From contig OZ218961.1 in NCBI GenBank assembly GCA_965112735.1, positions 1,178,001 through 1,242,000 on the forward strand: a DNA stretch of 64,000 nt. Direction: 5' to 3'. Positions 40,556 to 55,403 of this stretch are shown here, piece after piece. Under the pieces are notes generated by a model. It was not told the origin of the DNA and searched no databases. It saw only the letters and a program-made list of their open reading frames with translations. Numbering within the stretch: position 1 is the first letter of the stretch; the number at the start of each line of letters is the position of its first letter. The stretch comes from Phaeosaccion multiseriatum. Its lineage: Eukaryota; Protista; Ochrophyta, other classes. The position numbers were made by a program, and so were the translations under genes.

Positions 40556-41314
40556 CACATTCACACACACACATACGCACACACACAACACACACACACA
40601 CACATACGCACACTAGTCTAATGCTTGACATGCGCTTGACACACTTTTTTTTTTAAATCACGTGGCACCTCTCCCGCCCTCCTCCTGTCCGCCTTCACTT
40701 GACAAGATTATCAATAGGGACATAAGTGAGTACGAGTTGTAAACTTCTGAGCTCTGAAGCACCCGAAGCACTTTCCTATTATAAGTCACTGAAGACTGAA
40801 GTTTATTACCGGTATCGTCCTTCCTTCCTTCCTTCCTCCTCTTCCTCCTCCTCCTCCTCCTCCTCCTCCTCCTCCTCGTTCTCCTTCCTCTTCGTCCTCA
40901 ATCCACGCCGTCTCTCCTCCTGGGGTAACATCCTTGGTGAATCCTTGGCACTGAGACGGGAACCTTCTCCATCCACTGCCATCCTCATCCATCCACTGCC
41001 ACCTCTTCCTCCTCGGACACATGACAGCGCAGACGGTGCGTGACCGACCCAACTATGTTCACTGACTCAGTGGAGCTTACTCTACCACCCTCCCAGCAGC
41101 GCTCTGCAGTAAGCCGAGCACCCCCCCCCCCCTCCTTTTAAACCCACAGGGCAGGCATCACCCGGTCATCCGCGGACTGCATCCAGCAAGAGAAGTAGCA
41201 GCAGCAGCCTGCTTGCCTACCATCCACTGCCATCCCCTGTCCATCCGCTGCTAAGTGCTCTGCCATCCACTGCCACCCCCTCCCCCCCCTTCTGCCCATC
41301 CACTGCCATCCCCA

Positions 41315-41683
41315 TCATCGCCTCGCGACGGAGGTGGTGACGAGCCCGAGACACTCCACTCCCACCTGACTGAGCTGGCACGTTACACACACCTGCGGGA
41401 TGGACAGATGGCAGTGGATGGCAGTGGATGGCAGGGTTGGGGATGGCAGTGGGTGCATGGATGGTAGTGGACGGGGCAGTCGATTGCAGTGGATGGCAGT
41501 GGATGGCAGTGGAGGAGGCAAGGAATGGCAGTGCATGGTAGGGGAGGGCGCAGTCAGACACGGCCCACCACAGCTCAAGCAACAAGCGACACGCACAAAC
41601 CGATGACCCACTAACCACAGAACAATCCCCGATGACCCACTAACCACAGAACAAGTCCCTTCCTCGTCCCCTTCTCTCTTCCT

Positions 41684-41738
<55 letters not shown>

Positions 41739-44700
41739 CGGTGACTGACCTTGTTGGCCATGGTGGGTTTGTAATTCGAATTACAGTACGGACACTTGAC
41801 GGAGGGGGAGCCCCTGTAGATGGGGGTGAGGTCCTCACAGTCGATGCAGAAAGGGTTGCGCTCGTCGTAGTCAAGCTCGTACTCGTTACGGCCCATCTGT
41901 TGACTCTTTTGCAGCACCTGTTGGTGATACGGATGGGGGAGGGAGGGAGGGAGGGAGGAGAGGGAGTGAGGAGGTGGAGAGAGTGGGTGTGTGAGTGGGT
42001 GTGTCAGTGGGTGAGTGAAACGAGCGCTGAGCCCCGTGGGCATATACCTGCAAAGAAAGGCAGTACGTAGTAAGGGGCTGGCAAGAAGACGACGAGGCCC
42101 ATGGAGGGAGCACTCCTCCCACCCACCCAATCCACCCATCGCCCATCCATTGACTTACCTTCTGTGCCTTGACCCTGAGGTCCCCGTTCCTCTCCGACCC
42201 CACATCGGGCAGCTCCAGCAGCCGCTGCGCCATGGAGGCAGCACTCACATAGTTCTTGAGCTGTATCGTAAGTCAACAAGCAAGGGAGAGGGTGATGTGT
42301 GTTAGATACGACTTGGAAGCGTTCGCGTGAGGTTCTGAGAGAGAGAGAGAGCGCGCGAATCGGCATGGACTTGGATAGATTCGATGTGTTCGCCTACAAA
42401 CTATCGAGGTCGATATCGAGGGCACCAGTCAACTCAAGCCGGACAGTCGAGTGAAACTGAAACTGAATGACGTCAATCTTAATGACATAATGAAACTGAC
42501 CTTGAAGGCGGTGGTCATGCCCATGCGGAGTGCGAGGAGGAGGTGCGCTGGTTGGAGGTTGCAGTGGGTGAAGTACGCCCCGAGCTCCAGCGCACGCTTA
42601 GGGTCCTGCAAGGAGAGAGGATAGAGAGAGATGTGTGAGAGAGAGAGAGAAGAGAGAGAGAGAGAGGGAGAGAGGGAGAGGGAGAGAGAGATGTGTGTGT
42701 GAGAGAGAGAGAGAGAGAGCGAGGAGAGAGGGCGAGTAAGAGGAGAGAAGAAAGAGATACCGACGCGTACAGAGGTGAGAGAGGGAGGGAGGGAGGCAGA
42801 AAGGGAAGAGAGGGGACAAAGGGAGAGAGAGGGAGGGAAAGAGCGAAGGAGGGTCGCGTACGGTACCTTGTCAGGGGTCCCGATGGCGCTGATGGCCGTC
42901 TTAATGCGGATGCCGGTGATGTACTCTCTGCAAATGTCCAGCAGCTCCTTAAGCTCGTTGCCGTCTGGATAGGAGTTGGGTGAGTGGGGGAGGAGGGAGG
43001 GGAGGGGAGGGGAGGGGAGGGGAGGGGAGGGGAGGGGAGGGTGGGGTGGGATGTGGGAGGATGAAAGGGGAATGGGGGGGGGGGGCATATGGGGGAGGAG
43101 AGACGACAACAAGTGCTTGAGGGGACAACGAGAGAGAGAAGACTACACTGAATCTGAACCTTACAAAGAGGACCACCCCCTGCAATAACTCCTCCTCACT
43201 GAACAAACTGGCACTGGTACTAACATGGAACTTAAACTGGGTACTCTACCAAGTACTAACCTGCCCGTGTGTCGACAACGACGAGGGGAATGGCGTGCAC
43301 AATGAACTCGAAAGCGGCCTGTGCCTCCGCGAACTTGCCGCCGTGGAAGGACGAGTACGCAGCCTGGGGATGGAGGGAGGGAGGGAGGGAGGGAAGGAGG
43401 GAGACGGAGGGAGGGGGGGGAGGGAGGGACGGAGCGAGGGAGGGAGCGAGGGACGGAGGGAACGAGGGAGGGAGGGAGGGGAGGGAGGGGAGGGAGAGGG
43501 AGGGAAGGAGTGATGATGACGACCATGAGGTTCCATAGGGGTGGGCAGTGGACAGACGCCTCGCCTTCGCCTGCCTGCTGCTGTATCACCAACTGCTGTA
43601 TCAGGCGCAAAAAAAAGTGCTGGTGCTGTACAATCAACTGCTGCTGTACCACCAACCCCTGCATCTACCCCCTGCATCTTACACATGACCAAACACACAC
43701 CTTGAGGCGCTGGATGAGGGGCGCCAGCTTGAGCGCCACCACTGGCAGCGAGTCCTCCTCCCCCCCCTTCTTGGCGTCGTGAGCGGTGCGCTGCAGGGGC
43801 AGACGGAGGGAGGGGCTCATGCTGAGGCCGGGCAATGACGTCATGGCACCTGTCAATGAACAACCGGGGGCGCGTGTTGGAGGCATACGGTGGAAGAGGA
43901 AGAGGGGGGAGGGGGAATGGCAAGAGGGTTTATGGAGAGTTACGAGAAGAGACACACACACGTGCACACAGAGGCGCACGGATGGGGAGGGAGGGAGGAG
44001 ACAAAAACAGCACTGGGCAGGGGGGGGGGCAGGTGGGTTGCTATGGTGTGAACCCCTCTCCCTCCTCCCCTACCACCCCCAACCCCTCTCCTTCTCCCTC
44101 TCCTTCTCCTTCCCTCTCCCTCCCTCCCTCCCTCTCCCTCTCCTTCTCCTTCCCTCTCCCTCCCTCCCTCCCTCCCTCTCCTTCTTCTTCTTCTCCTTCC
44201 CTCTCCCTCCCTCCCTCCCTCCCTCTCTTCCTCCTTCCTCTCTTCCTCCCAACCCACCTGTAAACACCGCCAAGAAGTGCCCCCGCAGCGGCTCGAAGTT
44301 GACCACCGCAATCTGCCTATTGAGCAGCTGCATGGCCGTTTCAAAGCTCCCGGCGGCCACGTGATCTGCTGCATGACTGCTATTGGCCACCCACAGCGCG
44401 GTGATGGCCTTGCCTGCAGAGGGAGGCGCGAACCCTCCTCCGCCGTCGCCGCCGTCACCCCTCTTCTTGCCCCCCCGCCCCCCTCCTCCTCCTCCTCCTC
44501 CTCCCTCCACCTCCTCATCGTCACCGAGGTCGAGATCATCGTCATCATCCTCCCATCCTCCTCCGCCCCCCTCGCCCCCCTCGTCCCCTCCCCCATCCTC
44601 TCCACCCCCCCTACTTGGTGAACGAAGTCCTCCATCGTCATCAATATCAAGGTCGTCCCCCCATGCCTCCCCGGCCTCTCCAGCGTCCCCTCCGTAGTCG

Positions 44701-47483
44701 TCTCCCATGGCTGCTCCACCTGCGCCCTTTCCGTCTGTCGTTGAGAGAGAGAGAGGGTGGGGGTGGAGAGGGAGAGGGAGATGGGGTGGGGGTGGAGAGG
44801 GAGAGGGAGATGGGGTGGGGGGGGAGAAGGGGAGAGGGCAGAGAGACGAAGGGAGAGGGGGAGAGGGTAGAGGGAGAGGAGAGGGGGGAGGGCAACCGTT
44901 CAGCAAGGGGGTCGGGTGTACGAGTGAAAGCAAAGGTGTGCGTCAAGAGAGACGCGGAGGAAGAAGCATAAACAAAACAAATACACACACAGACACACAC
45001 ACCACACACTCACTCACTCACTCACTCACAGTCACACACATACGATGAAACAAAAAAAAAACACATAAACGATGAAACAAAACACACACACACACACACA
45101 CGAGGAAACAAACACTCACTCCCTCACTCATTCACTCACTCACTCACTCACTCACCAGCTTCTGTGAATCCTTCGAGGGGGCTCTTGGAGACTGCGAGCA
45201 GAGGCCAGTTATCGGCCCTCACAATGGGGGTGGGGGGCACCATCAGCGTCGCTCCCTCGGGCACCTGACCAATTGGTGTGCGTGTTGGTGATACACGGGC
45301 GGGGGGGGGGGGGGATGGGAGGAGAGCGCAGGGGCGGAAGACGGAGGGAGAGGCTGTGAGAGGCTGTGTAGACACGATCACACTCAGTCTCTCCCTCCCT
45401 CTCTCGACTACAGGTATTGGATAAGGACTCTCGCTTGAATACAGGTATTGGATAAGGACGGCCAGGCCTACACTGATACTCCAAACCTCCTCCTCCGCTT
45501 CCTCCCTCCCCAAGCCTCTCTTCCCCCGCTCCCTCTCCCTCCTCCTCATTATCCTCCTCCTCCTTATCCTCCTCCCCCTCCTCCTCATCCTCCTCCTCCT
45601 CCTCATCCTCCTCCCCCCCCTCCTCCTCCTCCTCCTCCTCCTCCGCATCATCATCATCATCATCCTCCTCCTCCTCCTCCTCTTGCTCTTCCTCCTCCTT
45701 ACCTCGGGCACAGGCAGGTCCTGTGCGGTGAGCAGCTCCTTGATGCGAAGGGCGTCCTCCTCGAGGCCGTGAGTGGCCGCAGTGAGGTACGCGAGTGAGA
45801 GGTTGCCGGTCGACTCCAGGATGGACATCTGTCAAGGGGGGAGGATGGGGGGTTGTTGGTGTGTGAGGGAGGGAGGAAGGGGGGGGTAGGCGGGGTCACT
45901 CACTCACTCACTCACTCACTCACTCACTCGTTCACTTACCCACTCACTCACCCACTCACTCACTCGTTCACTTACCCACTCACTCACCCACTCACTCACC
46001 CACTCCCTCACTCACTCACCCACCCACCCACTTACTCACTCACTCACTCACACACACACTCACTCATTGACCCACCTACTCCCCCCTCCCTCAACTCACC
46101 CGCTCCTTGGCATCCCCCAGGAAGAGGGCATTGTGGAGGCGACTCATGGGGTCTCCCCGCCTCTCTGCAATCTTGAGCATCTTGTGGAGCTTGTCGGTGT
46201 TGCCCGTGAGCAGGTACAAAAAGGAGAGCCGCTCGAAGTTCTTGGTGCGCTGATAGGCCATCTCCACCACCTGGTCAATGGGGTGTCAGGCCAGAGGGTG
46301 TGGTGGTGGTGGTGGTGGTGGAGGAGGAGGAGGAGGAGGAGGTGGTGGTGGTGGAGGGGGAGGAGGAGGAGGAGGAGGAGGAGGAGGAGGAGGAGGGGGA
46401 GGAGGAGGAGGAGGAGGAGGAGGAGGAGGAGGAGGAGGAGGAGGAGGAGGAGGAGGAGATACAGGGGTGGGGGTTGGGTGCAGAGTATGCGAGAGAGACA
46501 GAGAGAGATAGAGAGAGAAAGAGAGAAAGAGAGAGACAGACGGAGAGAGAGACAGACCGAGAGAGCGCGCGAGGGGGGGGGCAGGGTCGGGTGGGTGGGG
46601 GGGTGGAAGAAGGTTCTCTCTCCTCCCTCTGTACGTATTCGCTGCCCTACCCCAGCGCCTCCACGCTGACGATGTGCTCCTCTCTCCCTCCACGCTGACC
46701 ACCTACTTCTCTCTCCCTCCACGCTGACCACCTACTTCTCTCTCCCTCCACGCTGACCACCTACTCCTCTCTCCCTCCACCCTGACCACCTACTTCTCTC
46801 TCCCTCCACGCTGACGATGTACTCCTCTCTCCCTCCACGCTGACCACCTACTCCTCTCTCCGTCCACCCTGACCACCTACTTCTCTCTCCCTCCACGCTG
46901 ACCACCTACTCCTCTCTCCCTCCACCCTGACCACCTACTCCTCTCTCCCTCCACCCTGACCACCTACTTCTCTCTCCCTCCACGCTGACCACCTACTCCT
47001 CTCTCCGTCCACCCTGACCACCTACTTCTCTCTCCCTCCACGCTGACCACCTACTCCTCTCTCCCTCCACCCTGACCACCTACTCCTCTCTCCCTCCACC
47101 CTGACCACCTACTCCTCTCTCCCTCCACCCTGACCACCTACTTCTCTCTCCCTCCACGCTGACGATGTACTCCTCTCTCCCTCCACCCTGACCACCTACT
47201 CCTCTCTCCCTCTTTGACCTCTCCCCCTCTCCTTCTCTTCCCCTCTTTGACCTCCCCCCCTCTCCTTCTCTTCCCCTCTTTGACCCTCTCCCCCCCTCTT
47301 CTTCTCTTCCCCTCTGTGTCCCTACCTGGTGGTTGCCCTGCCTGAGAGCCTCCACTCCGAGCTGGTGCCACAGGTCATCGTCGGGAAGGTCGTAGGCGGT
47401 ATGCATCGCCACCTTAGGAGCACGTACATACAAGTCAAGCATGAGGGATACAGGAGGGGTGAGAGTGAGGATGAGAGTGAGGA

Positions 47484-47519
<36 letters not shown>

Positions 47520-48041
47520 CCCGTGTCAGGGACAGGATCCAAGGTCGGGGTCAGGGCCAGGCTCAGGGTGAGTGTGAGTCGAGGTGAGGATTGAGAGTGA
47601 CCACTCAGGTGAAGGTGAGAGTGAGGATGAGAAAGTGAAGGTGAGGATGAGAGTGACCACTCGGGTGAGGGTGAGAGTGAGGATGAGGGTGAGGGTGAAG
47701 GTGAGAAAGTGAAGGTGAGGTGAGGATGAGAAAGTGAAGGTGAGAGTGAGGATGAGAGTGACCAATCGACCAATCGGATGCACGGACCTCGATGTTGCCG
47801 CACGCCAGGGCAAGGCGGAATTTGGTCTTGGCGTCGCTGACGAAGTGGAGAGCAACCTCTGGGAAGCCCTTGTCCTGCAAGTACGTGATGATGGCCTGGC
47901 CGCACAGCCGAGAGTGCTTCACCATGCGCATCACCTGATTGGAGTCAGGATGATATGTCAAACGAAGAGTCAAGATGAAGTAAGACGTGAGTAAGACATG
48001 GATGATGACGATGGTATTGATGATGATGATGACGATGGTAT

Positions 48042-48081
<40 letters not shown>

Positions 48082-49199
48082 TACGTCAATGAACACGCAG
48101 GGATATATTGATGGGTCGTGATGGACTGAATGAAAAGGTGTGAGTCACATCAATATAACAATGACCATCACGTCATCATGTACTTTACAACCATCCATGA
48201 AACGTCACTCAAGCAGTACTGCAACCAAGTCCCATGACAAAAAGTAACGTAAGGTTACGTAATACATCGTATGGGATAGATACATTAAATTCCGATACAT
48301 TCCGTTACACCTCATCACTCACCTCCCCGAAGCGCTTGTCCTCTAGTGCGAGCTTAAAGAGCGCCTCCGTGTTGTCGATGGCCAAGGTACGCGTCTTACC
48401 CTCCCTGTCTAGGCAGTACAGCTGCTTGCCGACGCTCTTCGTCAGGTAAAGGGGGACGTCCAGTGTCCTTTGGGGGGGGTGGGGGGGGGGGGTGTTGGGG
48501 AGGGGGGAGGGGGGAGGGGAGGAAGGGAGGGGAGGGCAGGGAGGGAGGGAGAGAGGGAGGAGGGGGGGAGGGAGAGAGGGAGGAGGGGGGGAGGGAGAGA
48601 CATTGAGACGAGTGGACGAACAGCACCCACCCCATGCGAGCAAGCAGACGCACCGACCAATCCATCCCCCCCTCCTTCCTCTCTTCACTGCACCCACCCA
48701 CCCACCCACCCACTGCCTCTCTCTCTCTCTCTTCGCTGCACCCACCCACCCATTGCCCCTCTCTCTCTGTGTCTATCTCCCTCTCCCTTCCCTCTCTCTC
48801 TCCACTGCACCCACCCACCCACCCACCCCCCTCCTGTACCACCAACACCCCCACTTACTCACCTGATGATTCCCGTGTCTCCATTCGGCAGCAGGTACTT
48901 GATGTGGTTGAGGGTTGAGTACACAAACACTCTGTTGTTGGCGTCCCAGGCACCGGACTTGACCCGTACGGTCTCGCTCACCGTGCACAGCTGGGGGAGG
49001 GAGGGAGGGAGGGATGGACAGCAGCGATGCGAGCGAGTGAGACGAGAGAGAGAGGAGGAGGAGGATGGAGAGAAAGAGAAAGAGAGGGAGAGAGAGAAAG
49101 GGAGTGGGAGAGAGCGAGAGAGAGAGCGCGCAAGGGGGAGGGACAGGAAACAAAGAGACACGAGAGGGAGGGAGAGAAATAAAGAGAGAGAGAGAGGGA

Positions 49200-49239
<40 letters not shown>

Positions 49240-49296
49240 AAGAGAGAAAGAAGATGCAGATATACGCAGACAGAGAGAAGACACAAGGAGAGCGCG

Positions 49297-49328
<32 letters not shown>

Positions 49329-52300
49329 TTATCCCCACCTGCGTGAGCGTCTTGCCCTCACAGATGACGACTGCGTGCTTGGAGAGAAGGGCCACGCAGG
49401 AGTAGTCCTTGTTCCACACCACGTACTTGACGCGGGGTACCTGCAGCTCCGCCAGCACTCTGTTTGTTGAGTGAGTGATAGGGCATTGGATGGCAGTGGA
49501 CGGAGTGTTGGATGGCAGTGGATGGTATATTGGATGGCAGTGGACGGGGCGTTGGATGGCACTGAATGAGTATTGGATGGCAGTGGATGGGATATTGGCG
49601 GGCGTTTCTCGCTCTCTCTCTCTTCCTTCTTTCTAATACACGTGAAACTCAAACTCACCTGCGGCTCTGCTGGTCGAACAGCGTAACTCGGTCCTCACAG
49701 CGCAGCAACAGCCTTCCCGACACGCCGGCGAAGTGCATGCCGTCGGTGGAGGGGTGGGGGGGGGAGATCTTCTTGGTCACTTCGTTTTGGAAGTTCTTCA
49801 CAAGGATCTGGCGGTTCTTGTCGAGCACCGCGAACCTGTGGACAGATCGATGGGTGGTGTGGGGGGGAGGACAGAGGGAAGGAGGGAGGGAGGAGGGGAG
49901 GGAAAGGGGGGGGGGGGAGGAGGGGGAGGGAGGTGGGAAGAAGGAAGGGAGGGCGGGAGGGAGAGGGAGAGGGTGCGTGAGAGAAGCGAGAGGGAGTGAG
50001 AGTTGTCAAAGAGAGAGGCAGACACAGAGAGAGTTCAGAGAGAGACAAATGTGGCAAGCATGTAAGCGGGCAAGCAAGCAAGCAAGCAAGCAAGGCAAGG
50101 CAAGGCAAGGCAAGGCAAGGGAAGGCAAGGGAAGGCAAGGGAAGGCAAGGGAAGGGAAGGCAAGCTTAAGCTTACCAACCAACCAACCAACCAACCAGAG
50201 GACAAAATCATGCCCTCCCCTCATCTCTCTCTTACCTATTCCTCGCCAAAAAGACGGCCGCGAGACAGCTCCCATGTCGTACATCCTGCGCTTCTCCACT
50301 GGAGCCCGAGTGCACGGCATCTGTACTGAACGTCAGCAAGTCATACGAGCCGCCGTCCGCATCAGACACAATCAACACATTGTTCTCCGCCGGATTGAAC
50401 GTGTTGGCATAGAGGGTCCTAGGCATCTGTCCGAGCGCTGACCCTGACCCCCCCCCATGGCTGGATCCGTGGCGCTCGCCTTGCCTTCGAAGGCTGAGCA
50501 CAGGCACGTCACGTCCTGTGGCGAACTCGTGCTGCCGGAGGTATCGGTCCTGTGTGTGTTTGTGTGTGTGAGTTGTGTGGAGGGGTTTCGTTTCGGTTTC
50601 AGATGTGTTCAATCAGATGTGAAACTTCAGCTCTCGGATGGAGTGCCCGAGTCGTCAGCCTTCCGTTTCTGTTCCGTTTCTGTGGTTTGAGATGAGTTCC
50701 GCAGCACAGCACACTTGAGTCAGAGAGTCTTTCTGTAACGCTTGTCGGCAGTACCTTGACGTAGAAGAGGCTTCGGTTGGCGTCCACAACGCTGTACGCA
50801 GGCCGCTCTCGCTCCAGTTTGAACACGATCATACCACTGGGGTTGTGGTGTTTTCGTGACGTTTTGGTGTTGTTTTGGTATGGTTTTTAGTAAAAGGTTA
50901 GTTGGTGTTGGTATTTTGGTGTTGTTTTCGGGGTTGTCGGGTTGGGATGTTTTCGTTGGGGAGAGGGAGGGCGGAGGGGCAAGGGATGGTAGTGGATGGG
51001 CAAAAGGATGGGAGTGCGCAAATCGGCAAGTCGAGTCAAAAGTGGTAGTATAGGAAGCAGAATGCACAGAGGGACGGACGGAGGGACGGAGGGCGGCGGG
51101 GAAAGGAGGCGTGATACGCGAACAGAGGAACAGCGGGTGCGTGCCTTCTGCTTTCTCTCCCCTCCCCCCCCCCCCCTCATTCTCTCTTCCTCTCTCACCT
51201 GTCGTGCCCAGCGGCCAGCAGGTTCTGTGCAGGGTGAGAAGCAAGGATCCAGAAGCGGTCATTCTCGCGACGGAAGGTTTGCACGCCACTGCGGGGGGGG
51301 GATGGCAGTGGATGGGTTGAGGGAGAGAGTGAGTGAGTGGGTGTAAAGTGGAAGTGAGTGACAATCACTGACTGACTGATCTCTTGATTGCTCCCCTCCC
51401 TTCCCTCCCTCTCCCATCCATCTCCTCCTCACCCCCACCCTCACTCTCATTACGTAACTCTCAGATTGATTCCCCGTAAGCCAACATATACCCACCCGCC
51501 CACTCTCTAACCACCTGCCCTGCCCTACCCTACCCTACCCAAATACTTGTACCCTACCCTACCCATATACTTGTACCCTACCCTACCCATATACTTGTAC
51601 CCTACCCTACCCATATACTTGTACCCTACCCTACCCATATACTTGTACCCTACCCTACCCATATACTTGTACCCTACCCTACCCGTATACTTGTACCCCA
51701 CCCTCCTACCCTGTCCTCTGCCCATATACCTGCGCTGGCTGATGTCCCACACCCGGATGGAGCGATCCTCACTATTAGAGACGATGAGCTCGCGCTTGGG
51801 GTGGAAGAGCACGCAGCTCACATTGTTGGTGTGGCCCGTCATGGTATGCACCTCCCAGGCCTTGGTTTCGTTCATGCGCCACAGCTTCACCTGTTGGTCA
51901 GCCACGGCACAAGATTCACAGATTTTGAGAGATTCAAAAGAGAGAGAGAGGAAGAGAAAGAGATAGAAAAGGAAGATGGCGAATGAGTGAGTGTGTGTGT
52001 GAGCGTGTGCGTGCGTGGGTGATGGAGTGAGCGAGCGAATGTGTGTGTGTGTGTGTGTGGAACGAGGATGAACATGAAGCCTTCCCATCATCACCTCACA
52101 CCCGCCACCCATCCCACTCCACACCCCATACATATAATATATACATATGTAAGTATTATGTACCCCATCCCCCCACATACATACACATATATAAGTATTA
52201 TGTTCCCCCAAACCACCCACCCCCTCACAACTCCCCCTCCCTCACCTGTCTATCGTCCGCTCCCGAGATGACGAGGGGCAAGGTTGGGTGGAAAGATGCC

Positions 52301-52533
52301 CAATTCACCCCCCTGTCGTGGCCCTCCAGCACATACTTGACAACGGCGTCTGTGCCCCCAAAGAGGTTGGAGTTGACCCCTCCCGGTGCCCCTCCCCCCC
52401 CTCCTCCACCCCCCGGCATGTGGTCGTCCCCACCCATGCCCGGGGCGCCACGAACGGTCTTCTTTCGGAGGCCTGTATGTATCAATAAAAGGGGTTTCCG
52501 AAAAAAAGAGTCCGCGCAGAGTCAGCTTCAAGG

Positions 52534-52567
<34 letters not shown>

Positions 52568-52911
52568 TTTAAGAGTCAGGTCATTCGACTTCCACCAATA
52601 TCGACCCCCGCGACGCACAATATCGAGGTCGACACATGCACTCGGGCACTTCCTGCGGTACCCATCGCAATTAATTCCTCTTCTATTTTTCTCTTTGTCT
52701 CTCTCTCCTTTGTCAGTGACTTTTTTATCACCTGAGAGAACTCTCTATCCCTCCCTCTTTCTCTCTTCAGTCTCACTTGAGATGCCCTCTCTCTCTCTCT
52801 CTCTACGAGTATGTATTTGACATGACATGACTTGCCTGTGGTGTCCCACACTCGGACGGTCTGATCAAGAGATGCCGACACAATCAAGTCATCCTGGAGG
52901 GGAGGAGGGCC

Positions 52912-52944
<33 letters not shown>

Positions 52945-54293
52945 AGGGAGGGAGGGAGAGGGAGAGGGAGGGAGAAAGAGGAAGAAGGAAGGGGGGAGTG
53001 GAGAGGCGGGGTTAAGGAGAGCAAGAAGGAGGGAGGGGTGGGGGGCAGTATGCAGGCAGCACAAAAGGCGGTTACAGTAACAGAAGAAGCAAGATGACGG
53101 GAAAATAAGGAGAACGCCTCTCCAAAGCGACTCTCATAAAACTCCCTTCCCCCTTCTTGCCCTCCCTCCCCTCCCCTCCCCCTCCCTTCTTCCCTCACCT
53201 CCCTCCTCCATAACCCCCACCCACTCCCCCTCCCTCCCTCCCTCCCTCCCTCCCTCTGTATCACCAACCCCCTCACCTTGGGGTGGAAGGCCGCACACAT
53301 GACATAATGGTTGTGCCCCGTCAACACCGCAATGCAAGTCCTGCTCTGCCAGTTCCAAGTGCGAATGGTTTGGTCGTCTGAGGCTGACACAATCCAAGGG
53401 TACTCGTTGTGGAACTGCACCGTACGAATGTAGTCGAGGTGCCCTAGCAGCGTGAAGAGGCAGCGCCTTAGCTTGTAGTCCCACACCTGTTGGTGGTACA
53501 GAGCAGATGTGAGGGGGCGGGTGGTGTCAGAACAAAGGATGGGGGGTGAGTGAGTGAGTGAGTGCGTGAGTGAGCAGATCCTCGCCTCCTCTCCCCCCTC
53601 CCCTCCACTGCCCTCCCCTCTCCTCTCCCTTCCCTTCCCCTCCCCTCCACTGCCCTCTCCTCTCCTCTCCTCTCCCTTCCCCTCCCCTCTCCCTCTCCCT
53701 CTCCTCTCCTCTCCCTTCCCCTCCCTTCCCCTCCCCTCCACTGCCCTCTCCTCTCCTCTCCCTTCCCCTCCCTTCCCCTCCCCTCCACTGCCCTCTCCTC
53801 TCCTCTCCCTTCCCCTCCCCTCCCCTCCCCTCCCCTCCCCTCCGCTCCCCTCCACTGCCCTCCCCTCCACTGCCCTCCTCTCTCCCTCTCCTCTCCTCTC
53901 CTCTCCGTTCCCCTCCCCTCCCCTCCCCTCCCCTCTCCTCCCCCCTCCCCTCCACTGCCCTCCGCTCCCCTCTCCCTCGCGTCTCCCCGTCTCTATCCTC
54001 CTCCCCACCAACCAATCAGCCAACCTTGAAAAATAAAAAAAACCCTTACGTAACCCCTTACGTACCTTAATTTTGTAGTCATCCCCCCCGGACACAATGA
54101 GCGGCTGCGACTTGTGGAAATCCACCCCCCTCACAGGCCCATCGTGTTCATCAAATCGGTCTAGAAGAGTCCCCATTCGGTAGTCCCACAGCTGAATGAT
54201 GCCATTGTGCAGCGAGGTCAGGATCCATGGTCGGAGGGGGTGGAAAGACAGACCTTTCACCCGGTTGCTCTTGCTCTCAAACTTGGTAAGCAT
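41315..54293 (-). CDS. COPA: Coatomer subunit alpha (alpha-COP), ~20+ exons
   Basis: Starts [19 protein letters not shown]; WD40 repeats ([38 protein letters not shown]), [26 protein letters not shown] and AYFTHCNLQ; C-terminal NPFCIDC..CPYC..C.TCQLS. Stop at 41315-41317. Confidence 0.97.
46668..47208. repeat. 28-bp intronic minisatellite, ~19 copies
   Basis: CTCTCTCCCTCCAC(G/C)CTGACCACCTACT variants in a COPA intron. Confidence 0.9.
51527..51700. repeat. 24-bp intronic minisatellite, ~7 copies
   Basis: CCCTACCCATATACTTGTACCCTA units next to a COPA donor site. Confidence 0.9.
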
Positions 54294-55369
54294 GTTTGGC
54301 GACGACGGCTGTTAAGCAGCCTGCAGGTACTTGACTACCTTGCCACTTGTGGGAGCGGGAGAAGAGAGGATGGCCCCTTTGGCCCTACGAAAGTCCTCCC
54401 CTCTCTCTCTCTCTCTCTCTCTCGTTCTCTCTCTCTCCACGACCTCCCCTCTCTTCTCTCTCCCACTGCACTACAAGGCAGTGAGGTGGCCCCGGACAGG
54501 GTGCTGCTTCCTTCCCTCCCTCCCGAAGCGAAGCCTCCCTACAGCCCTACGGCGGCTTTGCTTTCCTTGTCGCGTGCTGAGCATCACAGTGGAGGAGGGG
54601 GGGGCAAGAGGGAAGGTAGAACAGATTGTGTGTGTGTGTGTGTGTTTGGGGGGTGTTGGGGGGGGGGGGGGGGACGTCAGAACAAGACCCGAAGAACCAT
54701 ACGCAGGCCAAAACAGGCACTCCAAAACAAGAGGACTCCGTGGAGTACTCTGCGTCTCTGTCCCCTGTCACTTCTCTTTCTTCTCTGCGGATGATGTGCC
54801 CCCCTCCCACCGGTACTGCCTACCCCAGAGGCCAAGAGAGATGGCAATCAGTCAGCTTCAAGCACAGACGTCTTCCTCCCCTCGCGCAATTCTGGATACA
54901 AAGCCGCGAGTGCCACCCGTTCCGTTTCTGCCCTTTTGCATCCTGCGCGCTGGGGTGCTTAGGGCGACGCCTCCCTCCTTCTTGCCAGAGAACGGCACAC
55001 ACAGGACACAGGAACTTCACAGAAGACGATGAGAGAAGGAACACGAAGAGCGCGCATTCGCATCTTCAGACTTCTTCGTCACGGAGTTCATGCTGCATTC
55101 CCCTCTGCAGTGCCTGTCTCCGCTGCCCCTCCTCATAGACCAGGCCATTCCATTTTGTTCCCTCCTCCTCCCACCGTCTCGCAGATGGCATGCATCACAT
55201 GGAACAGCAATCTCAGGAGCAGAAAGGCGAAGGGCTGCCGAGAAGGCACGGCCAGCTCCTCTAGTAATCTGCCCTCGCCTGACGGTCACGCGTATCTCCT
55301 CCTTTTCTTCTCCTCAACCCTCTTGCTCCTGCTCTACAGAACCGTCTGCAGCTTCCTTCCCTCTTCCCC

Positions 55370-55403
<34 letters not shown>

